From an uncultured virus (IMG/VR IMGVR_UViG_3300021400_000318) (lineage: Duplodnaviria; Heunggongvirae; Uroviricota; Caudoviricetes), in the IMG/VR virus record IMGVR_UViG_3300021400_000318: a stretch of DNA of 64,000 bases; one strand, written 5' to 3'. This document shows, piece after piece, positions 9,014 through 18,346 of this stretch; within the stretch, counting starts at the first letter, position 1; each line of letters begins with the position of its first letter. The notes below the pieces were generated by a model, which saw nothing but the letters and a program-made list of their open reading frames with translations, had not been told where the DNA came from and made no database searches. Position numbers and translations under genes: made by a program.

Positions 9014-10264
9014 TTAATCTTTGTTTATCCCCAGAACATAGTCCATAACCATTCTGTTGGCTCTGTCGATCTTCTCCCTGTTGAAGTCAATGTAGATAGC
9101 CGTTGTCTTGTTCGTGGTCGAGTGACCGAGGGCAGCTGATATGGTAGCGTCTGGAATGTCGAGTTCGCTTGCGATGGTTGCCCATGTATGACGTGCCCAA
9201 TATGATGACAGTCCAGGAAAGGCAGAATGATGCACCTTGTGTAGCCTGTGTTTCTTTGAGCCACGTTTCCACTCTGGATTCTGCTCGTATGTGACAGGCC
9301 CTATCTCCTTTAGTCCCCTGTCGAACTTCTTGGTGAAGGTCGTTGGCTTGGATATTCCGTCAAGGAGGTTGAGCAGATGCCCCTTCCCACTGTAGCGGCT
9401 GATAATCTCCATCGCCTCTGGTTCTACTTTGATGGAGTACATCTTCTTCGTCTTGGCTCTCCTATAGACCAGATACCCTTCATTGGAAATCTCATACAGC
9501 AGACACAGGTCAGTAACATTGATGCCGATTAGGAAGAAGGACAGCTTGAACATGTCAAGGTAGCGTTGCTGATATGGTTCCACAGGATAGTTGAACAACT
9601 CTCTTAGTTGCTCCAGAGTGAGTGACCTCTTCTGTGTGGCCTCTGGACGGATCTTGAATTTGCGGAACGGATAGACACTTGTGATGTCGTTGTCTATCGC
9701 ATCATTGAACACGGCACGGATATTGCGAAGGTGGATATTCCTTCCGTTCTTGGCAGGATTGTACTTCATCAGAAACCTGTCGAAGCCGTCAAGCCATTCC
9801 TTGTTGATTTCCTCGAAGGTGCGAGTTCTTGCCTTGCTGTCATACTCCAGAACACGTTTTATCGTTATCTCGTATTTCTCCTTGGTGCTCTGTGCATCCC
9901 TTGTTGCAGCGTAAGCCTCCATCCTTGGCAGAAAGGCATTAGGCTCCACGTCTTTCGGTTCCAGTACCGCAAGTACCTTGTTCTTTATCTGTGTTGCGGT
10001 TAGTTTCGTCAGTTCACCATCAGCGGTAAGCCTCATCACGATATTGGCCACCTCTGTCTTTCTGGTATCAATATACGAGTTGAGTTTGTTCTTGTTCGGA
10101 TGGTCTTTGATTTTCTCCCTTACTGCATCCCACTGGGAAGGGAATATCCAGAGTTTGAGCGGAATGTATGCCGAGGAACCCTTCTTGTTGATTCCGATTT
10201 TGATTTGCGCTTCATCTGCTCTAATTGTCCTTTTGTCGAGATAAAGGTGTATTGATGCTGCCAT
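9014..10264 (-). CDS. int: tyrosine integrase (Bacteroidetes type, Arm-DNA-binding + SAM-like + catalytic domains)
   Basis: YWARHTWATIA, ALGH, and TTAIY catalytic Tyr; adjacent to a tRNA-derived att site. Confidence 0.95.
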   Translation of the reverse strand: MAASIHLYLDKRTIRADEAQIKIGINKKGSSAYIPLKLWIFPSQWDAVREKIKDHPNKNKLNSYIDTRKTEVANIVMRLTADGELTKLTATQIKNKVLAVLEPKDVEPNAFLPRMEAYAATRDAQSTKEKYEITIKRVLEYDSKARTRTFEEINKEWLDGFDRFLMKYNPAKNGRNIHLRNIRAVFNDAIDNDITSVYPFRKFKIRPEATQKRSLTLEQLRELFNYPVEPYQQRYLDMFKLSFFLIGINVTDLCLLYEISNEGYLVYRRAKTKKMYSIKVEPEAMEIISRYSGKGHLLNLLDGISKPTTFTKKFDRGLKEIGPVTYEQNPEWKRGSKKHRLHKVHHSAFPGLSSYWARHTWATIASELDIPDATISAALGHSTTNKTTAIYIDFNREKIDRANRMVMDYVLGINKD

Positions 10265-10269
10265 ATCTG

Positions 10270-10585
10270 TTGCGGTTAGTTGCGGTGTATTTGCGGTTTT
10301 TTCAGCAAAATTGCGGTTGAATTGCGGTGGATTTTGCCCTAAAAGTCCTCAAAGTTCCACATGATTTGACTTAAATCGTTTCTTCATTGCTCTCTTGAAA
10401 ACCCGATGTACAGGGCGTTTTTCTGCGGAGAGAACAGGATTCGAACCTGCGAAACCCTTTGGGGGTTTACACGCTTTCCAGACCTGCGACAAAAAGTTGT
10501 AAGTCGCTGATTTTGAACACTTTGAAAAATCGCTGTTTCCGACTTGCGGTGTATTTGCGGTTTTTTCGGTTTCAAAGTTGCGGTT
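10270..10585. repeat. TTGCGGT arm-type integrase-binding repeats flanking attP
   Basis: 8 TTGCGGT copies; a 24-bp direct repeat at 10280-10303 and 10544-10567 brackets the tRNA fragment. Confidence 0.75.
10424..10481 (-). other. attP core: 3' half of tRNA-Ser(GGA)
   Basis: Minus strand reads ctggaaagcgtgtaaacccccaaagggtttcgcaggttcgaatcctgttctctccgca (anticodon loop, long variable arm, T arm, acceptor 3' strand); 5' half absent. Confidence 0.9.
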
Positions 10586-10654
10586 TGCCCTATTCTCTGC
10601 CATATATGTTCTACAATGTTATAATCTCAGCCATAAAGTTAAAAATACGTAATA

Positions 10655-10698
10655 ATTAGACTATCTTAGTCTAATCTAAAAATATTTTCGTACCTTTG
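10655..10698 (+). promoter_or_regulatory. palindromic operator plus Bacteroidetes -7 box
   Basis: attagacta-tct-tagtctaat (10655-10675); tacctttg at 10691-10698. Confidence 0.6.
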
Positions 10699-10804
10699 CA
10701 TTGTGCAATCACTAATAACAGTGCAAATGTACGGAATTTCCGTTGTTGTACCAAATTGAGAGCACAAAGTAGTCTATTTATTAACGTTTTTAACACTAAG
10801 AGCA

Positions 10805-11017
10805 ATGAAAAAGTCAATGAAAGAGTTGTGGCTTCTCTGGAAAAAGTCAGTCGCTTGGGACGAGAAAACCTTGAAGCAGAAGTTGATTAGTGCATGGTTT
10901 AGCCTGTCGTTCCCACTTGTGGCCATCGTAGGCGGATCATGGTTAGCAGTTATCGCCATCGTGAACCTTGTTGTTGCTGCGTATTTCACTGTCAAGTATG
11001 TACCAGTTAGCGAGTAA
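10805..11017 (+). CDS. small membrane protein
   Basis: Two hydrophobic segments; AGAGCAATG start motif. Confidence 0.6.
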   Translation: MKKSMKELWLLWKKSVAWDEKTLKQKLISAWFSLSFPLVAIVGGSWLAVIAIVNLVVAAYFTVKYVPVSE

Positions 11018-11029
11018 GGAGGACAGATT

Positions 11030-11851
11030 ATGAAAAATGAAAATGTAAAGTTGTTCAAGCAGTTCCTCGTTCATCGTGGTCTTGACACGTTATTCAAAGG
11101 TTTGTACAGACAGTACCGCTTTGACAAGAACCCAGAGGACTTCGACCAGTACCTGGAGCAGGTAGATTCCTACTTCGTCATCGAGGAAGCGTTTGACTTC
11201 AACAAGATTAAGGCATCATCTTCATTTGACGGAGGCTATTGGGCGCAACTCTCCAAGCGTTGGCGCAAGTACATGAAGAAGCAGGCAGAGCACGGCTACT
11301 ACAGGGATGAGATTATTATCCCGAGAAGGCCTGTCATGAACGCAGACGGAAGCGTTCACGTATCACCGACTGCACCTTCACCCCACACGTCAGAGCCAGA
11401 GCGTACAGAACCAGAGATTGAGTATGACTGGTCTGGTATGAACCTTATCCCACTGAAGGCTACCGGTAAGCGTCAGATGGACCCACCAACAGCCCACCAG
11501 ATAAGGGTGTGCACTACCAGTGGCAACACTGTTGTTCTGAGCACGTATCTCTCATCGCCTCTCGTAGAGAACGGATTGATGACTATGGAAATGCAGGTTG
11601 ACCGAGACACCAACAGAATGGTGTTCGTGTTCGGCACCAGTTCACAGTACGCAGTCCGTCAGTACAGCAGTAACCTGTACTCTGTCGCTCACAAGTCCAT
11701 CATTGAATACCTCCAGAAGTATGTCAAGACCAAGTTCGACCCCAAGAAGGTGTACTACATCAGCACAGGTGACACCATCTGGAACAAGGATAAGACGAAG
11801 TGCGCTGTCGTTATCACCAACAAAGTAATTGAGAAGGAGAGATGTTTATGA
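11030..11851 (+). CDS. hypothetical protein
   Basis: 273-aa ORF with phage-like codon use. Confidence 0.6.
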   Translation: MKNENVKLFKQFLVHRGLDTLFKGLYRQYRFDKNPEDFDQYLEQVDSYFVIEEAFDFNKIKASSSFDGGYWAQLSKRWRKYMKKQAEHGYYRDEIIIPRRPVMNADGSVHVSPTAPSPHTSEPERTEPEIEYDWSGMNLIPLKATGKRQMDPPTAHQIRVCTTSGNTVVLSTYLSSPLVENGLMTMEMQVDRDTNRMVFVFGTSSQYAVRQYSSNLYSVAHKSIIEYLQKYVKTKFDPKKVYYISTGDTIWNKDKTKCAVVITNKVIEKERCL

Positions 11852-12072
11852 GTAATACCGCATTATCCAAGAAAGTCATTCTCATTGATGTCATGCTGAA
11901 TGGTTCTTTCGTCTGCCAAGTACAGATGCCTCATTGTGCTCTCTTTCCTGTCACCGACAGAGAGATACGCCAGTATGTTATTAATAAACGTCCGAGCCTA
12001 AAGGGTAAGGCTTTTAAGATTGCGCTCTCGAAAGCCGCCCCACTCTTGAAGCAGGACACAAACGTAGGATGA
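11842..12072 (+). CDS. hypothetical protein
   Basis: 76-aa ORF coupled to neighbours. Confidence 0.5.
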   Translation: MFMSNTALSKKVILIDVMLNGSFVCQVQMPHCALFPVTDREIRQYVINKRPSLKGKAFKIALSKAAPLLKQDTNVG

Positions 12073-12075
12073 GCT

Positions 12076-12480
12076 ATGACTATCACTATTTTCGCTTTGT
12101 TCGTAGCATACACCCTGTGTTGTATTGCTGATGGCCCAGACGTAAAGCCAATTATCAAAAGACGTCTGAGTAAGTATCTTGAGGTGCAGGCAAATCGCCT
12201 GCATCCCATCCAGTACGTCCATCCTGTTGTGAGGCAGCCTCGTGACAGTCGTCTGGAAAATGTCGTTAAATTCGGAGAGGATGAGGTATTGAGTACAATG
12301 AGACGCAAGCACTGCTCTCCAGAAATGGCTGTAAGGATAATTACTGAGGATAGCAAAAGTTATCTGGCAAAATCCATTGCAAAGGCTCTGCTCGATGGAG
12401 GGTTCGTTGAGTTCAAGACTGACAGGGATTTTACAGGTGCATTTTATGTTAGGGCTATTTACTACGCTGCAAAATATTGA
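12076..12480 (+). CDS. hypothetical protein, N-terminal hydrophobic
   Basis: 134-aa ORF in operon. Confidence 0.5.
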   Translation: MTITIFALFVAYTLCCIADGPDVKPIIKRRLSKYLEVQANRLHPIQYVHPVVRQPRDSRLENVVKFGEDEVLSTMRRKHCSPEMAVRIITEDSKSYLAKSIAKALLDGGFVEFKTDRDFTGAFYVRAIYYAAKY

Positions 12481-12484
12481 GACT

Positions 12485-12958
12485 ATGAGAAAGTTATATC
12501 AGTTCTTGTTTAAGATGTTTGTATCTCAGATATTCATCTGGAAGTTCTACACCATCAAGGAGTTCTTTCAGAGAGGTGGATATACCTTCACTCTCAAGCC
12601 TGGCTGTCAAGATGGCACGAATCTTTGGAACTATTGCAAGTACCTGTCCTATGAGGCTTTCGTAAAAGACTGGCCATATAACCACTGGCTTCGTGGTCAG
12701 TATTCAGAATATGTTATCTATGGAGTAAAGGCAGAGTACGAAAGTGTTCCAGAGCATGGATTTGTCTGCAGGATTCCAAAGAATGTTCCGAACTATCCGA
12801 ATGCCGCACTGGCAATAATAGTTAGCGGAATCGTCATCGTTGCCTGTTCTTTGTTCTGTCTGTCCGCTATAGTAGGATTCACCTTCATAGGTGCTGTAGT
12901 AACTTGCATTGGTGCCCTGCTGTATCGCCAGAGTATTCGTTCACCAAAAGAAAAGTAG
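12485..12958 (+). CDS. hypothetical membrane protein
   Basis: C-terminal TM pair; start at in-frame ATG 12485. Confidence 0.5.
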   Translation: MRKLYQFLFKMFVSQIFIWKFYTIKEFFQRGGYTFTLKPGCQDGTNLWNYCKYLSYEAFVKDWPYNHWLRGQYSEYVIYGVKAEYESVPEHGFVCRIPKNVPNYPNAALAIIVSGIVIVACSLFCLSAIVGFTFIGAVVTCIGALLYRQSIRSPKEK

Positions 12959-12963
12959 TAAGT

Positions 12964-13206
12964 ATGGCAGACCTGTTTGATAAAGACCCTGCATTTGTCT
13001 ACAGAGACAAGAAGGGTCGCTTCGCTACTCCAGAGAAAGCAATGGCAGACAAAGCCATCGAGGAAAACAAGATGCTACGTCTGCAGGTCGAGAAGTTCAG
13101 ACGTGCCTACCTTGCAGCCGCCGGTATGTCCTCGAAATACCATCGAGAGTTGGTGGAACTCAAAGATAGGGTCAAGAATCTACTGAAGGAAGGAGGTGCA
13201 GTATGA
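12964..13206 (+). CDS. hypothetical coiled-coil protein
   Basis: RDKKGRFAT motif followed by a coiled coil. Confidence 0.5.
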   Translation: MADLFDKDPAFVYRDKKGRFATPEKAMADKAIEENKMLRLQVEKFRRAYLAAAGMSSKYHRELVELKDRVKNLLKEGGAV

Positions 13207-13403
13207 TTACCTGTAATGAACCGCAAGTTGTTGCCACAAGCAGATATAGTATAGGTGAAACCTGTGCCATTCTCAATATCACCAGAAAGACTTTGGCCAA
13301 GTACACCAAGGCAGGTCTTATCAAATGTGGCTATCGGCCACAGACATACCGCAAGTTCTATACAGGGCTTAACATCATGAAGTTCTGGAGGGCTGCGGTA
13401 TAG
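13203..13403 (+). CDS. MerR-like HTH protein, probable excisionase
   Basis: YSIGETCAILNITRKTL...KFYTG; 66 aa, in the operon divergent from int. Confidence 0.7.
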   Translation: MITCNEPQVVATSRYSIGETCAILNITRKTLAKYTKAGLIKCGYRPQTYRKFYTGLNIMKFWRAAV

Positions 13404-13426
13404 TTTTCTTTTCATGCGGATTGTAG

Positions 13427-13459
13427 TGCCCATTGCCTGTTAAGGTGGTGGGCATTTTT
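13427..13459 (+). terminator. intrinsic terminator
   Basis: tgcccattgcct-gtta-aggtggtgggca followed by ttttt. Confidence 0.75.
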
Positions 13460-13464
13460 CATGC

Positions 13465-13571
13465 CGTCCAACAAACGTCCAACCCTCAACCCTTTTAAAT
13501 AAAGGCTTTACGAAGGACTACGAGGCTAAAAGCGTCCAACAAACGTCCAGCAAACGTCCACAACTAAAGAA
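13465..13571 (+). repeat. intergenic 11-bp iteron-like repeats (CGTCCAnCAAA)
   Basis: Five CGTCCA units; 21 bp identical to 23059-23079 inside the replication initiator gene. Confidence 0.85.
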
Positions 13572-13637
13572 TATATATGTATAGTTATTCCTTTCAGTCA
13601 TAACTCTACAAACAAATATACGTGCGTGTGCGCGATA

Positions 13638-14042
13638 TTACTGGAAACGATAGTACCTGTAACTCTTACCAGACAGTCCGAAACCAACTTCATCAAGTTG
13701 CATGTAGTCGTTGCCGAAGGAAATGTAATACACCAAAGTTCGAGTTTTCAGATATACCTCGTCAACGGAGTACTGGCTTGTTCCAGAGATAACGGATTTC
13801 TCATAGGCATACCTATATGAGCCATCTGTAAAGAACTGCAGGGTGTCGTGGTTCTCGACCTCCTTGTAATCTGTTGTCTGGATTGGTGCTGAATACCTGT
13901 TTACCCACTTTCCGATAACAGCCTGCCTGTTGTAGGCCGCTTTCTGTTCTGCAGGATTTGGCGCATCGTCACCGTCACCGCCTCCGCAGGATGCAAGGCA
14001 AACAGCGGCCACCATGATTGTAAAAAGTCTCTTCATATACAT
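13638..14042 (-). CDS. lipoprotein (lipocalin-like), possible superinfection exclusion
   Basis: Lipobox LAS-C, IGKW motif; co-oriented with the repressor. Confidence 0.65.
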   Translation of the reverse strand: MYMKRLFTIMVAAVCLASCGGGDGDDAPNPAEQKAAYNRQAVIGKWVNRYSAPIQTTDYKEVENHDTLQFFTDGSYRYAYEKSVISGTSQYSVDEVYLKTRTLVYYISFGNDYMQLDEVGFGLSGKSYRYYRFQ

Positions 14043-14068
14043 CTATACATTAAAGAATAAAAAACGTC

Positions 14069-14350
14069 TCATATCGAATCTATGACGGAATCACGGAACA
14101 TCTGGCCGTTGCCACACAACAGCCATTCAGCAGACACACCGTAGTCATGTACCAAGAAGGAAAGCCACTCTGGTTTAAGGAAGCGTTTCTCTGGTTCGTT
14201 GCGAATGGTGCAGAAATTCCAGTAGTTGATGCCGTACCTGTCAGTGAATGTTTTCATGCCTCTGATTTTTCGTTGCATCTGCAATGTGTCGATGGCAAGG
14301 AAGAAGCGTTTCGCTATTGCCACACCTTCTGGAGAAATCTTGATAATCAT
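14069..14350 (-). CDS. HTH DNA-binding protein
   Basis: RFFLAID...YGVSAEWLLCGNG, typical of XRE-like HTH. Confidence 0.7.
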   Translation of the reverse strand: MIIKISPEGVAIAKRFFLAIDTLQMQRKIRGMKTFTDRYGINYWNFCTIRNEPEKRFLKPEWLSFLVHDYGVSAEWLLCGNGQMFRDSVIDSI

Positions 14351-14369
14351 AGCGTATAGTATTTTCCGT

Positions 14370-14753
14370 TCAGATAGAAGATGTGCGCTTGTTGGCAGTC
14401 TTTTCAAAAACGCCATTATCCATCATGATAGAGAGCAGGCGTTCAAGGTTGCTTACATCCCTTTCGTGAATCTCGATGAGTTTGTCAATCCTGTCGAGAA
14501 GCTGCGGAACCAGATCTTGTTCGTTGACAGCCGAAACAGGAACATCTTTCAGCATTTCACCTTGGCCTGTCATGAGCCAGTCTGTGTTCAACTGAGGAAA
14601 CCTCGCACTGATAGCGTTCAAGGATGATTTGCGCATCCTGGAGTTCGTCTTGTCAACGAATCCGTTTGCCAGACCAGCCTCACGCTCGAATACTGACTTG
14701 TCAAGGCCGATGTGGCCGAGAAAATCCATCAATCTACCTTTTACTGCGTCCAT
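14370..14753 (-). CDS. CI-like repressor (XRE HTH)
   Basis: FEREAGLANG...FPQLNTDWLMTGQGEM; divergent from the Cro-like gene. Confidence 0.8.
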   Translation of the reverse strand: MDAVKGRLMDFLGHIGLDKSVFEREAGLANGFVDKTNSRMRKSSLNAISARFPQLNTDWLMTGQGEMLKDVPVSAVNEQDLVPQLLDRIDKLIEIHERDVSNLERLLSIMMDNGVFEKTANKRTSSI

Positions 14754-14787
14754 TGTTAAACTACATTAAATTTTAGTGCAATCTATG

Positions 14788-14815
14788 ATAATCTAAGATT
14801 ATTTTACTACCTTTG
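14788..14815 (+). promoter_or_regulatory. lysis/lysogeny switch operator and lytic promoter
   Basis: Palindrome ataatct-a-agattat (14788-14802) abutting tacctttg (14808-14815) between divergent HTH genes. Confidence 0.65.
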
Positions 14816-14863
14816 CACCATCATTATTTATATAACAATGCAAAAGTACAAAAAGTTATTTGA

Positions 14864-15103
14864 ATGGCAAACAAAAATGAAAGAAAACCGCAGAAAATGA
14901 CCCTAAAGGGCTATTATCAGAATCTTCCAGATGCCACGCATCCGAAGACTGATTTCATTACTCGCATCCAGAGCGAGTGCGGAGTATCGTTCACTACAGC
15001 CCGAAACTGGGTAATGGGTGTTACAAGGCCGGACAAAGAAGAAAATGTCCGCAAGTTGTCAGAAATGACAGGTATCAAGGCAGATGACTTATGGAGAAGT
15101 TAG
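14864..15103 (+). CDS. Cro-like HTH protein
   Basis: CGVSFTTARNWVMG..P helix-turn-helix. Confidence 0.75.
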   Translation: MANKNERKPQKMTLKGYYQNLPDATHPKTDFITRIQSECGVSFTTARNWVMGVTRPDKEENVRKLSEMTGIKADDLWRS

Positions 15104-15642
15104 AGTTCTACATCTATGAGAATGAGTTATGGTGCAAGTATGCCGATGGCCGCAACGAGATTGTGACCGAGCAGAGCACCGAACTGATTCAGTATTTGTT
15201 GGAGCGGATTCGGGAGCACTACCCAGAGGCTTACAAGGCTCTGGAGAAAGAATACAAGAATGTAGCCTTTTATGTGCCTCGCTACCAGTTCCTAATGGTT
15301 CGTAGGTTCTGTAAGTGCAACTTTGGCAAACTGGACCCAACGAAACTTGACGTTGAAACCTCTGGAGAGTTCAACTTCGAGAAGGTTGACTGTCCCCTGC
15401 GTGGAGAATGCAAGTTTGATGGGCTTATCTGTATGCCGAAGTTTAATACGAAGCTGTCGCAGGCTGAACTCCGAGTTATGCAGCTTGTGTACGAAGGAGC
15501 CAGTAGGGAAGAGATTGCCGAACGGCTCTACCTCTCGCCAAACACCGTCAAGAACCATGTCAAGTCGGTGTATTGCAAACTCGGCATCCATGAGAAGTCC
15601 GAGTTTATCCAGTATGCGAATAAGAATCATTTATTCAGTTAA
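15091..15642 (+). CDS. LuxR-type HTH transcriptional regulator
   Basis: LSQAELRVMQL..G...EEIAERLYLSPNTVKNHV..VYCKLGI; Cys-rich linker. Confidence 0.85.
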   Translation: MEKLEFYIYENELWCKYADGRNEIVTEQSTELIQYLLERIREHYPEAYKALEKEYKNVAFYVPRYQFLMVRRFCKCNFGKLDPTKLDVETSGEFNFEKVDCPLRGECKFDGLICMPKFNTKLSQAELRVMQLVYEGASREEIAERLYLSPNTVKNHVKSVYCKLGIHEKSEFIQYANKNHLFS

Positions 15643-15675
15643 TTTTATGTTCAACATTTTAAAGCACTAAGAGCA

Positions 15676-16620
15676 ATGGGATTGATTAAGAAAAGTAACG
15701 AAATCGCTATTCAGCGTAATGTGAAGATGATGGTTTACGGACAGGCAGGTATGGGTAAGACCACCCTCGCACTGTCAGCTCCGAAACCGCTGTTGCTTGA
15801 CTTCGATAACGGTGTCAAGCGTGTGAATAACTCTCACCTCGGAGAGGTCGGAATCGTCCAGATTACCAACTGGCAGGAGGTAGTAACCCTTCTGACTACG
15901 GAGAAAGCGGATCTGGCTCCGTTCGAGACCATCGTGGTTGACACCATCGGCAAGATGATGGACTTCATCATCGCCTACCGATGCGGAGGACGTAACCCAA
16001 GAGTACAGGATTGGGGTATGATTAACTCTGACTTCAAGTGGTTTGTTAACGCCCTGTCGGAACTCGGTAAGCACCTTATCTTCGTTGCACATCGAGACAC
16101 ACGTAAGGAAGGTGATGATACCGTATTCGTTCCGGCACTCCGAGAGAAGTCGTACAATGCCATCGTGACGGAACTTGACCTTCTGGGCTATCTGGAAATG
16201 AAGAATGAGAACGGCATCCAGAAGCGTTCCATCACCTTCGACCCTACCAGTCGCAACGATGGCAAGAACACCTGCCAGTTGGATGGTGTCATGTGGATAA
16301 ACAATATCCTCGACAAGAACGGACAGCCGACAGCCCCGAACGACTTCATCCAGAAGCGTATCATTGACAAGTACCAGAACATGATACAGGTCAAGGAGAA
16401 TGCGCAGGCCGAATACAATAAGGCTCTGGCCGAGATTAAGGAGGCAGTGGAGTTGATTACAGATGCACAGGGAGCGAACCACTTCATCGAGCATATCAAT
16501 GACTACAAGAATCTTGGAAACTCCGTCATCCTGTATGCAAGAGACCTGTTCTCTGCCAAGATGAAGAATCTGAAGTTGAAGTACAACAAGGAAACCAAGA
16601 AGTACGAGGATGCAGCCTAA
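15676..16620 (+). CDS. Sak4-like AAA ATPase / ssDNA annealing protein
   Basis: Walker A GQAGMGKT, LLLDFD, IVVDT. Confidence 0.85.
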   Translation: MGLIKKSNEIAIQRNVKMMVYGQAGMGKTTLALSAPKPLLLDFDNGVKRVNNSHLGEVGIVQITNWQEVVTLLTTEKADLAPFETIVVDTIGKMMDFIIAYRCGGRNPRVQDWGMINSDFKWFVNALSELGKHLIFVAHRDTRKEGDDTVFVPALREKSYNAIVTELDLLGYLEMKNENGIQKRSITFDPTSRNDGKNTCQLDGVMWINNILDKNGQPTAPNDFIQKRIIDKYQNMIQVKENAQAEYNKALAEIKEAVELITDAQGANHFIEHINDYKNLGNSVILYARDLFSAKMKNLKLKYNKETKKYEDAA

Positions 16621-17377
16621 GATTCAGTTTAAGTTCTACGCCACGCTGTTGGATGCGTATCAGAACTACATCGACAGCGACATCATCTGGGAGCGGTATT
16701 GGGGATTCTCTGAGAATCCTCCCCACTCTCCAGAGGAATTTAGAGAGACGCAGTTCCAGGCGTTGATTGACAGAATCAATCGTGTCCCCTTCGACAGCGA
16801 GAGGGCAGACAAAGGAACGGCATTCAATGAAGTCATAGACTGCATGGTCAAGGGCGAGAACTCAGACAAGATTAAGGTACAGAGAGTAAAGAATGATGAT
16901 GGAAAGATACTCGGTCTAAACGTTACCTATAACGAACGGACGTTCTACTTTCCCATCACTCTTTGCAGGGAGGTGGCTGACTACTACAAGGGAGCACTGA
17001 CGCAGCAGTTTGTTGAGGCTGTGTTACCCACCATCTACGGATACGTCCTGCTGTACGGCTACATCGACTATGTGCTTCCCTTCTGCACTCATGACTTGAA
17101 AACCACAGGTAGTTACTCTGTTGGAAACTACAAGAACCACTGGCAGCACCTTGTGTACCCCTATGCGTTATACCAGAACGGATGCAACGTGCCGGACTTC
17201 GAGTACAACGTGGTCGAGTTAGGAAAGAACAACTCCTACCAGACGTTCACTGAAAGTTACTCATACGTCCCAGAACGTGACGTTCCGAAGCTGACGCAGC
17301 ACTGTGAGGACTTCATCAGATTCCTGCAGGATAATAAGAGTTTGATAACAGACAAGAAAATATTCGCATTGATATGA
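16610..17377 (+). CDS. PD-(D/E)XK exonuclease-like protein
   Basis: GTAFN, GYIDY, DLKTT, Q...Y motifs; follows Sak4. Confidence 0.7.
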   Translation: MQPKIQFKFYATLLDAYQNYIDSDIIWERYWGFSENPPHSPEEFRETQFQALIDRINRVPFDSERADKGTAFNEVIDCMVKGENSDKIKVQRVKNDDGKILGLNVTYNERTFYFPITLCREVADYYKGALTQQFVEAVLPTIYGYVLLYGYIDYVLPFCTHDLKTTGSYSVGNYKNHWQHLVYPYALYQNGCNVPDFEYNVVELGKNNSYQTFTESYSYVPERDVPKLTQHCEDFIRFLQDNKSLITDKKIFALI

Positions 17378-18342
17378 ACAAAGAAGAAAAGAATATCGTT
17401 CCGGTAGCGGAACTTCAAGCAGAGCAACTTGAACTGAAGGTCAGTGAAAAGACCATCGGTAGCCTCACCACCAACGCCAAGGAGATTCGTGACTTGGTAA
17501 AGGCCGCTCTCCCAAAGTATGACATCAGTAACTATTCGTCTGATGACATTGCCAAGGCCAAGGCTGACAAGGCCCTGCTGAACAAGGCTCAGAAAACCCT
17601 CAATGACAAGCGTATCGCCTTCGAGAAGGAGTTTATGGCTCCATTCGGAGAGTTCAAGGAGATTGTTGCTGACACCTGCAAACTCATCAAGGATGCAGTA
17701 AGCAAGATTGATACTGTCATCAAGGAGGATGAGCAGCGTAGCAGGGATGAGAAGAAAGCCAGTATCGAGGCTCTGCCAGAGATACAGGAGTTTGAGGCTC
17801 TTGGCCTCTCCATCCAGACCATCTGGAATGAGAAGTGGCTGAACAAGACCACATCGTTGAAGTCCATCAGTACAGAGATAGCAGAAAAGACCAAGGCCGT
17901 CAAGACTGATCTTGAAACGCTGAAATCCTTTGCCGAGGACTACGATGTTCTGATTGTCCGCTACAAGGAGAGTTTGAATCTGAACGACACTGTAGCCTAT
18001 GCCAACCAACTGAAAGCCCAGAGGGAGGCTACCAAGGCCGCAGAGGCCGCCAAAGAGGAAGCACCTGCCAACACTCCATCCGAACAGACAAGCGAGGCTC
18101 CTGCAGGACAGCAAGAGGCTCAAACGGAAAGCACTGCACCATCCAACAGCAACGATGACGCAGAGGCAGACGCTATGGATGCTTTCGCAGCCGCTATGGG
18201 TATAGAGGTCGAGGCTCCCAAGCAGGAGCAGAAACCTGTTGTCTATCCAAGAACGTATGAGATTAACGCTACAGATGAGCAGTTCAAAGATATTGAGGCT
18301 TATCTGAGCCAGTTAGGAGTAAACTTCACTATTCAAGATTAA
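17374..18342 (+). CDS. DUF1351-like coiled-coil protein
   Basis: AKADKALLNK...KRI...FMAPF pattern; recombination module. Confidence 0.65.
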   Translation: MNKEEKNIVPVAELQAEQLELKVSEKTIGSLTTNAKEIRDLVKAALPKYDISNYSSDDIAKAKADKALLNKAQKTLNDKRIAFEKEFMAPFGEFKEIVADTCKLIKDAVSKIDTVIKEDEQRSRDEKKASIEALPEIQEFEALGLSIQTIWNEKWLNKTTSLKSISTEIAEKTKAVKTDLETLKSFAEDYDVLIVRYKESLNLNDTVAYANQLKAQREATKAAEAAKEEAPANTPSEQTSEAPAGQQEAQTESTAPSNSNDDAEADAMDAFAAAMGIEVEAPKQEQKPVVYPRTYEINATDEQFKDIEAYLSQLGVNFTIQD

Positions 18343-18346
18343 GACT

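Noticed and set aside
10424..10490. Functional tRNA-Ser gene on the minus strand
   Set aside because: The 5' acceptor strand, D arm and 5' anticodon stem are missing; interpreted as the attP core
13465..13571. CRISPR array
   Set aside because: Units are 11-bp tandem repeats without unique spacers and no cas operon is present; no CRISPR array was seen in the window
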